From: Reclinomonas americana ATCC 50394
Taxonomy: Eukaryota
Direction of reading: 5' to 3'
Length of the DNA: 43,716 bases
Assembly (NCBI GenBank): GCA_048213135.1
Contig: PS015530.1
Coordinates: 1-43,716, forward strand
Within the stretch, counting starts at the first letter, position 1. Each line of letters starts with the position of its first letter. The translations under genes and the position numbers were made by a program. Below are positions 35,554 through 43,716 of the stretch, one piece after another. The notes under the pieces are model-generated. The model searched no databases and was not told where the DNA came from. It was given only the letters and a program-made list of their open reading frames with translations.

Positions 35554-38500
35554 ATGGTGGTGCGTTGTGTTGAGCATGTGTGTGCACGAGTGTGTGTGTG
35601 ATTGCTTATACCGTCAGGCAGCGTCTGGTGCCACCGAGTCGCTGGTGAGAGAGTTTGCGCAGCTGCAGGTCGACCATGAGTTGCGTCTGATCGGCGTGTC
35701 ACTCTCTTGTAAAAGTGATGCTGATGATGATGTGTGTATGTGTGTGAAGACTGCTCTCGCGTGTGGTCGATGCACCGCAGCACAAGCCGCTGCCGCCGCT
35801 GCCGTCGTCGGATACGCGATGTGCGTGCCTGTCTTTTCTTGCTGCCTTTGCTTCTTCTTCTTCTTCTTCTCTGAGCGACAACGCAGCATTGCCGGTGGGA
35901 TGGCGATTGACCGTGTACCCGGATGGATCGTCGTATCGCGGGCAGCTCTCTCGCAACGGCCTGTACAATGGTGAGGGTGTGTTTGAGTGGGTGGCGCCAC
36001 TGCGCTCGTATCGTGGACAGGTGTGTGTGTGTGTCTCGCATTCTGTGTCAGGAGCACATCGACTCAGGCGGTGTCGTCATCAGTGGTCTGGTGGCGTGAT
36101 TCACGGTCAGGGGACGTACGTGTGGCACGAGAGCAATACCATGTACGAGGGCGAGTGGGTGCGTGGCAAGATGCACGGCGAGGGTACGATGTACTTTGCG
36201 AATGGCGAAATCTATCGCGGGCGCTGGGAGGATGGAGTGATTCAGGGTCGCGGTGAGTGTGCTCGTTTGTTGTTGGTGTAGAAGTGAACGCTTTGTCACT
36301 CACCGCATGTGTACAGGTGTGTTTGTGTACTCGAATGGTGTGTTCTCTGGTCAGTTTGCGTCGGGACTGCGTCACGGGCACGGCGAAATGAGGTGGCGCG
36401 ATACCAACCTCGGTGTTCACGTGGGCCAGTGGTACATGGACAAGATGCACGGGTTTGCCGATCGCCACCATCACGAATCCTTCGCGTCGATGAGTCTCAC
36501 GGCCAGTCCGTTGCAGGGAGGGCAAGCACTACTTTGCGAACGGCGACGTGCTCAGTGGTCGGTGGGCTGCGGGCGAGCCGACAGGAACCATGGTGCTGAC
36601 GTCACCCAACGGCGTCAGGTGTGAGCCTTCCTGCGTGCACCCTGTCCATATTGTGGAGTGTGTGAGTACTGAATGTGGTGCAGATACGAAGGCGGCTGGA
36701 GTGCCGGCAGACGTCATGGAGTGTTGCGTTCCTCCACCAACTTCCATGTTAGCGCGCTGGCCCTGACGTCTCTCACGCACACACAGTGGCACACTCACGG
36801 TCCCTGGTCGGTCGCAATTGAGTGGCCAGTTTGTCAATGGTCAGGTGCACGGCACGGCCACCGAGGAGATCTTGAATGTGGAACGATACATTGGAGCCTT
36901 CAACACCGGACGTCGACACGGAGCAGGAACGCTGCTCAATCTGGTCACTGGCGTCGAGAGGCCAGTCGTGTACGACAATGGTGTTCTGGTTGGTGGCCAG
37001 GCGGTTGCTCCTCAACCTCAACTCGTCTGTGAGTGCGAGTTCGTCAAATTGCTCTGCGCACATGGAAGTGCAAGCTCATGCCACGTTTGTGCAGTCCATG
37101 CTGGTCGAGGTGACCTTGGCGGCGCGACTCTTGAAATGTCGATTGAGCACCTGGTCGAGGAGGCGGCGCTGAACGCCGGATGGCCGCAAGGAAAACCAGT
37201 GCAAGATACATTGCGTATCCTCCAGGAGCACGTTGAGTGGCGTTTCTTATGCATGCGTGTTTGATGAGCTGTCGTCTCACCCCTCCTGTGGAACTCAGTT
37301 CATCTTCAACATGTCGGGCCTGCTCGAGAACTGGTCGCATCTCTCCTCGATAGGCCTGAAGAAACCGCAGATTCGTGCCCTCTACAAGTATGTGAGTTGC
37401 ACAGCGGCCCCGGAAGGTGAGAATCTGCCTCTCTCTCTCTCTTTCTCTCGCTTTGCTGTTGGTTGAACGACGGCTTGCATTTGGCAGTGCTGACGCGCTA
37501 CTCGATTCGCGATGTGAGCGACAGCACGGACGATGCCGCGCCAGCACAGTCCGCTGTCACAACGACGACGAGCACAACTGCCGCCACAGCGCCAGCTGCC
37601 CCGGCAGCACCAGCGGCCGCCGCGGCAGCAGCGCCATCTGAGATGGGAAAGGAAGACATTGTGGCGCACTTCCGTTGTCCCATTACCCACGAATTTATGA
37701 GGGATCCGGTGCGTGCACGATGTGAATCTGTATGTGTGTCTGTGTGGACCCTGCCTTACAGTCGAAACGCGACGGTGCATGCAGGTCATTGCGGCCGACG
37801 GACAGACGTACGAGAGTTGAGTTCGAGAAAGTCGCCTCCTCTTTACCTGCGTTCTCCGTCTCATTTGCGTGTGTTGATGAATAGAGATGGCCATCGAGGG
37901 GCACTTCCGTCGCTCAAATCGATCGCCGCTCACCGGCGCCGAGTTGCCAAACAAGACACTTATCCCGAACTTCTCCCTGCGAAGTCTGATTCAACAGTGG
38001 ATCGAGAAGTACGGCGGTATGTCTGCACAACGCGCGCATGTTATTCGGTTGTTGTTTTGTGCTGATGATCGTGCAGATGATGACGGCGAGCTGGGTGCTG
38101 ATGCCGGCGACAAAGGAGGAGCAGCGGGAAAACCGGCAACAACCGAAAAGGTCCCAGCAGCCACGGCGCCCACTGCTGCTGCAGACAAGAAAGCTCCCTC
38201 TGGCGCTGTCGAAGGCAGTGCCGCAGGCAAGCCAGCTGCTCCTACCGACAACAAGGCTGCTGCGGCGAGCAACAGTGGTGCCAACAAGGGAGCTGCGTCG
38301 GCTGCTCCGACGGAAAAGAACTCGGCGGCAAAGCAGCCTCCTGCCGCCTCTGAGCAATCGGTTGTATCCGGCGGCGGTCGCGCCTCGGAGAAACAGACGC
38401 AGCATGCNNNNNNNNNNNNNNNNNNNNNNNNNNNNNNNNNNNNNNNNNNNNNNNNNNNNNNNNNNNNNNNNNNNNNNNNNNNNNNNNNNNNNNNNNNNNN

Positions 38501-38924
38501 NNNNNNNNNNNNNNNNNNNNNNNNNNNNNNNNNNNNNNNNNNNNNNNNNNNNNNNNNNNNNNNNNNNNNNNNNNNNNNNNNNNNNNNNNNNNNNNNNNNN
38601 NNNNNNNNNNNNNNNNNNNNNNNNNNNNNNNNNNNNNNNNNNNNNNNNNNNNNNNNNNNNNNNNNNNNNNNNNNNNNNNNNNNNNNNNNNNNNNNNNNNN
38701 NNNNNNNNNNNNNNNNNNNNNNNNNNNNNNNNNNNNNNNNNNNNNNNNNNNNNNNNNNNNNNNNNNNNNNNNNNNNNNNNNNNNNNNNNNNNNNNNNNNN
38801 NNNNNNNNNNNNNNNNNNNNNNNNNNNNNNNNNNNNNNNNNNNNNNNNNNNCGGCGGTGGCGGTGGCCGCGGAGGAGGGGGAGGACACCGCGGGTACGAG
38901 GGGAACAGTTATGATTACTACTGA
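35554..38924 (+). CDS. MORN-repeat protein with a U-box domain (putative E3 ligase) and Ala/Gly-rich tail; spans a gap
   Basis: MORN repeats YEGEWVRGKMHGEGTMYFANG and YEGGWSAGRRHGVGTL. U-box [32 protein letters not shown]...SPLTGAELPNKTLIPNFSLRSLIQQW. Start codon and post-gap end are less certain. Confidence 0.85.
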
Positions 38925-39012
38925 GTGAAGTATGCGCATGCATGCCTCAATGCCGTTCGTATTTTTCACTCAGCACGCACACGCATTTCCCTGTGCGCAA
39001 TCCGAGCGCAGC

Positions 39013-42000
39013 CTAACATTCCCACAACACGCTGAGCGCCTTGGCACACTTGACGCGCACTTTCGAGTCATTCTCTCGCAGCAGCGAGATGAGCGACGAG
39101 CACACATGCTCCAGGTTCACACGCCGCTTGGCCTCCTCGCTCAGATTGTAGAGCAGGTAGGCGGCCAGGATGGCGGCATTGGAGCGGATCTGGTTCCACG
39201 ACGATCGGAAGAAGCTCACCAGGCTCATGAGCAACAGATTCAGCTGCGTGACGTCAAAGAACTCCACCAGCTCGCGCGCCACATTCACTGAGTCGGCGAC
39301 CGCAAATGTGAGTAAAACTGCACGGCCGCCTGCACACACTAACAATTCTCACCCATGAACTCGTCATAGTCGAGAAGAATGTCGGGATCGAATGCCTTGG
39401 TGTTGAATCGATCAACCAGCGTCTGTGATCCCATCAGCGGCACCAGGTGGCGAATGGCAAGCTTGGCCGCCTGCACTCACGATGACAATCATCAGACCCC
39501 CCCGTTCGCCATCGCAGCCGGCACACTGTCGCACTCTCGCAACGCAACTCCTCGAACTTCACGGACTTCGTCGTTGGCGTGCACCAACAGCGCCGGCAGC
39601 GCCAAGTTCAACTGTTCCATGAACGGATCGTTGCCGGCACCAAAGTTGTGCAAAACGCCAAACAGCGTAAAGGCGTTGGCGCGCACCTTGTCGTTGCGCT
39701 GAGCACAGTTGCGCGTCAGTATCACACATGGTGGTTGGCCACACAAATTTTTGCACCGCACGCAACGTTCTCAAAGGCCGGCTTGAGGCGCAAGCACACA
39801 TTGACCAACACTGGTCCCGCGTGCCGCTCCTCGACATTGTCGAAGATCTTGGCCAGTGCATCGAGCGACTCGAGCACCAACTCGTCGTGCTCACTCTCAA
39901 TAAAGCCCATCAGCGCCGAGATCACCGGGGTGGCGTATCGATTGACCTCCTCGGTGGGTGCTGAGGCGAGGTTGCCGCTGCCGCGCACGGCACGCATGCG
40001 CACCAGTTTCGACTCGTCGCCCATGCGTGCAAGCATGGCATTGATAGCGTTGTGCAGGAGCTCGGCGTGGTTCTCAATGTGCAGGATGATCTCGCCAATG
40101 ATGTTGGTGGCCGCCAGACGGTGGCCCTCCTCCGGTCGCTTCGTGTACGGATTTACAAACGCGTACACCTCCGACACGAATCGCAGCAGGCCCGACGCCT
40201 CCTCCTCCGCAAGCACGCTCTCGCAAACCAAACTGCGCGCGTGAACACACAAAAGTCAACACACACGACGACTCTATCAATACACACAGTCACACCTCCC
40301 ACAAAACACACCTCAAAATCTTTCCCGACCCATCAAGGTACTTCTCCCACTCGACCAGGTCTTCGAAGAGCTTTTGCTCGTTCGCCTTCTCCATCACCTT
40401 CTCCTCGTCGAGCGCCACCAAAATCGTCTTCACCAGCTCGCACGCGTCCGTCGCAATCGTCTTGTCCTTGCACATGTGTGCAATTCCCAGATGCAACAGG
40501 GCAGTGCACAGCAGTGGCACACGCATCGACACAATCACCTCGTTGGCCTCCTCCAGCTCACAAATGGCGCCGAGAGATGTCGTTGCAGTCAGAGGCGCGA
40601 GAATGGGATAGATTTGGCCCGAGAAGTCGCGCTCGGTCAGCTCCGTAGCCACACACACACCGGCGGTGGTGGCTCCGTAGGAGCCAGACGTCTCTTGTCG
40701 TTTCTGCAAACGCGCTTTTTCAGTCAACAAAGAACACACACACATCACCGACAACAGCGAGCAGCTGACCTTGGCTTCGGCAGAGGGCACGTGGCGGAAG
40801 TCCTCAAACATTTGTGTGTTATTCATAATGTCGATGAGGTGCGACACCAGATGCCGTTGCAATGTGGGGTCACCAGCCAGCACCTGGATCGCCTTGGTGA
40901 CGTGCCTGTGCCACAAAGCCCTGGATAAGTCACAGGACAAAGTATGAGGAAAAAACATGGAGGCCACCCTGAGACGCAACGCGGCTTGCGGCCTGCGGAA
41001 TGACAAGATGGCATCGGCCACCGCCTGGATGTGGTGGCGCGCCAAGGCACGCACCGCATGCAGCACACCGTTCACCTGCGCAGTACAAGCGTGTGAGTGC
41101 ACCTCCCAAGCAAATAATAAACATGCAGCAGCAGATGCACACCGTTTGCTCTCGATCCTTCAAGTTTGGCAACACATTGACCAAGGCCGTGATGAACGTG
41201 AACACATCGTCGCGCAGTTCGCCACCACGGATTCGCAGAATGCCTGCACACGACGTAAGCACACACATACACACTCGTCTGTCTGCGACGACGCCACACC
41301 GTTGACAAGAACACACACGCCGTTGGCCACATCGACTTCGTTGTCTTCGAGGCTGGCCATTAGCGAGTCGATCATGGGTCGCAGTTGAGCCTCGGGTGTC
41401 TGCCAACGGCGCCGCCATCTTGTGAGTACACAACAAGAAATAAATCACATGCATCGTCAGTGACGAACCATCTCGCCGACGACATTGGCCACCTCCTTTG
41501 CAATCGTGAACAACTCACGCGAGTCCTCAACATCCATGCTATTCCTGTGAGCCAGCAAGAGAGAGCACAGTGTCAGCACACGAACATAAAATCTCGATCA
41601 CGGAGAGAAAGAAAAGTGACGAAACTTGAGTGTCTGAATCGTCACGAGAGCGCGAGGCAGTGGCACTCCGGGGCCCTCACGCAGGTAATGATTGATGCGG
41701 TAGAGCAAGTACAGCGCGTCGGCAGCGGCCGTGCGCACATTCATGTCGGGGTCCGTGCAGCGGGCACTGAACAGACCAATGTGCGAACCGAGACCGTCGG
41801 TGAAGCACGCTGACATCTCGGTCATCGCGCCCTCGCCATCGGCGGTACGCACACCGGCCGAGTACTTGGCGAACGCCTTCAGGCAGAACACGGCAGCCTC
41901 GACAGCACGTTGACGCACATGTGCGATTGGCTTGCGCACAGAGTCGGCCAGCCATCGCAGCATCACGTGCAGTGTCTGCGTGACACCCTCAGCGGAGCGG

Positions 42001-43716
42001 ATCACCAGCTCGCCGAGCAAAATATTCCAAGCGTCCAACAGCTTCTTGGCGGCGTCATCGCCAGCGGCCGCCAGCACCTCGGGTGGCAACTCGGCGTAGC
42101 CCACCACACCGTCGAAGGTGTCCTTCAAGGCACCCACATCCCATCGCGGATCGAGGCGGCTGTGACGACACACGCACACTCTTGTTGGCGACACACACGC
42201 AGATGAAGGAGACGACAGGGAGGGCTGACGCAACATGAGAGTGGCGAGTGCAGAGAGACCTGCGATGCGTAGCCGCGTAGTCTCCGGATCGCGCTCCTGG
42301 CGGCGCTCTTTCGGGTTCATCATCGCGAGGAGCATCTGCACAATCTCCACGCGGCGCTTCAGCGGAACAAAATTCGCCCCCTGCAAGTGCGAGATGAGCG
42401 CATGCAAAAATGAACGGGACGACTCGGGCGAGCACGCAACGAGACGCTCCATGTGCATGGCCGCTGCTACGAGCTCCACGCCAATAAAGCCCGCCTCCTT
42501 TTGCACGACGGTGGCCTTGGGTTCGGAGATCAGCGGCAACAGCTTCTCCACAATGTGCACGTCCACACGTGAGATGAGCATCCTAACACACGCGTCAGTT
42601 GGACATGCGGGGAGAAAAGAGCATCATCGCCAGCACGCTGCGCAACTGTGGCGGCAGGAACTGCGCAATCTGACCGAGACTCAATAGGATCAGCGCCTTC
42701 AGCGCATCCGACGGACCCACGGCCGACCTGTGGCACCAAAATCGTCAGCGTCGAACACCGCCAACGCAACGGTACGAGTGGACGCAACTTGAACTTGGAG
42801 AAGAAGCCAGTGCTCTGCGGCTTGATTGGTGTCAGCGACTGCCGAAGCTGCTCAAACGCGAAATCCATGTAGGTCACAGAGGCGAGACCAAAGCCCAATG
42901 CCACGCCTGCGCAGCACACACACACAATACGCAAGCGTGAGCAGCGCTGCAAATACAGACAGAAGACCGACAGGTGCAGACCTTCGCGCTCGGGTGCCGA
43001 GGTGTGGTCAGCCAACTCAATCATCTGACCCAATGTCTGTTGCACAGCCAGGCGCTTCTTGCACTGCTGCATCACTGCGCCCATGACGCGGAAACCGAAT
43101 CGCTGCATGCACAGGAGGGATGAGGCGCTCACTCTCACCAGCTCTGACGCGCGGAGTACACACCTTGAGTGAGTGGCCATCGTGGACCGTGTCGTACCCG
43201 GCAATGACCTCGCACATGGCGTCGAGCAGCGATGCTGACCATTCGTCGTCGGCCATGGCGCGGATGGTGTCGAATACAAACTCGTCGATGCGGCTCTCCC
43301 ACTGCTCATTGTCGAACGCCTCGTCTTCCAGGGCTGTGTTGACGAGAAATCAACGACCGACATCTCGTGGCGAGCGCGAGCACAAAACAACACCGCACCA
43401 CTATCCAAAAAGCTGATCAGGTCTGGGATCACCGAATCCCAAATGTCGGCCACGGCCGGGTGCAGCACTGGTCCGACGGCGCGCAGCGTGTTGAGCGCGT
43501 GGACGACCACCTTCTCTGGTCGCTTCGGGGATGCCAGCTCAAACTGTCAAATCGCACACACATATGTCCAGTGAGGATAACAGTAATCACAGAACGGAGC
43601 GGAAGGAGGTCACACAAACCAGCAGGCGCGCCATGATGCGCTGCGGCTTTGGCAGATTCACTGTTGTCCGACACAGTGAGCAGCAACGCGCAGCTCCGCG
43701 TCATGTGCGCGAAGAG
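39013..43716 (-). CDS. MROH1: Maestro HEAT-like repeat protein (MROH1/HEATR7A-like), 5' partial
   Basis: NLPKPQRIMARLL, LHPAVADIWDSVIP, EREGVALGFGLAS, ARCTDPDMNVRTAA, YATPVISALM, LRLKPAFEN, FFRSSWNQIRSNAA, VRVKCAKALS; about 20 short introns. Confidence 0.85.

Noticed and set aside
1-43716. Alternative genetic code or stop readthrough
   Set aside because: In-frame stops in conserved genes are all explained by introns; TAA and TGA end genes normally.

Overview
Gene-dense, GC-rich, intron-rich nuclear scaffold (with N gaps) from a eukaryote, probably a flagellated protist because it has an outer-arm dynein LC4 homolog. The taxon cannot be determined from the sequence. About 17 spliced genes with ~55-90 nt introns were reconstructed by hand: kynureninase apparently fused to a GEX1-like 3-TM module, CTNNBL1, a YrhK-repeat membrane protein, dynein LC4, RABGGTB, a large GH9-CBM3c-EGF-CBM2-like cellulase, a Rho-like pseudo-GTPase with Fn3_assoc domains, AlaRS, a NAGPA-like protein, an LYR protein, an SV2/SVOP-like MFS transporter, a MORN+U-box protein, MROH1 and three hypothetical proteins. 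A ~2.4 kb element bounded by ~100 bp inverted repeats carries a decayed spliced gene fragment. The most striking signal is a second, abundant class of 5' splice site. About 40 introns begin GTTGCGT (or GTTGAGT/GTTTCGT/GTTACGC), i.e. the normal consensus displaced by one base, and these occur almost only when the exon does not end in G. All gene models and family assignments are manual and from memory of conserved motifs; no database search was run.
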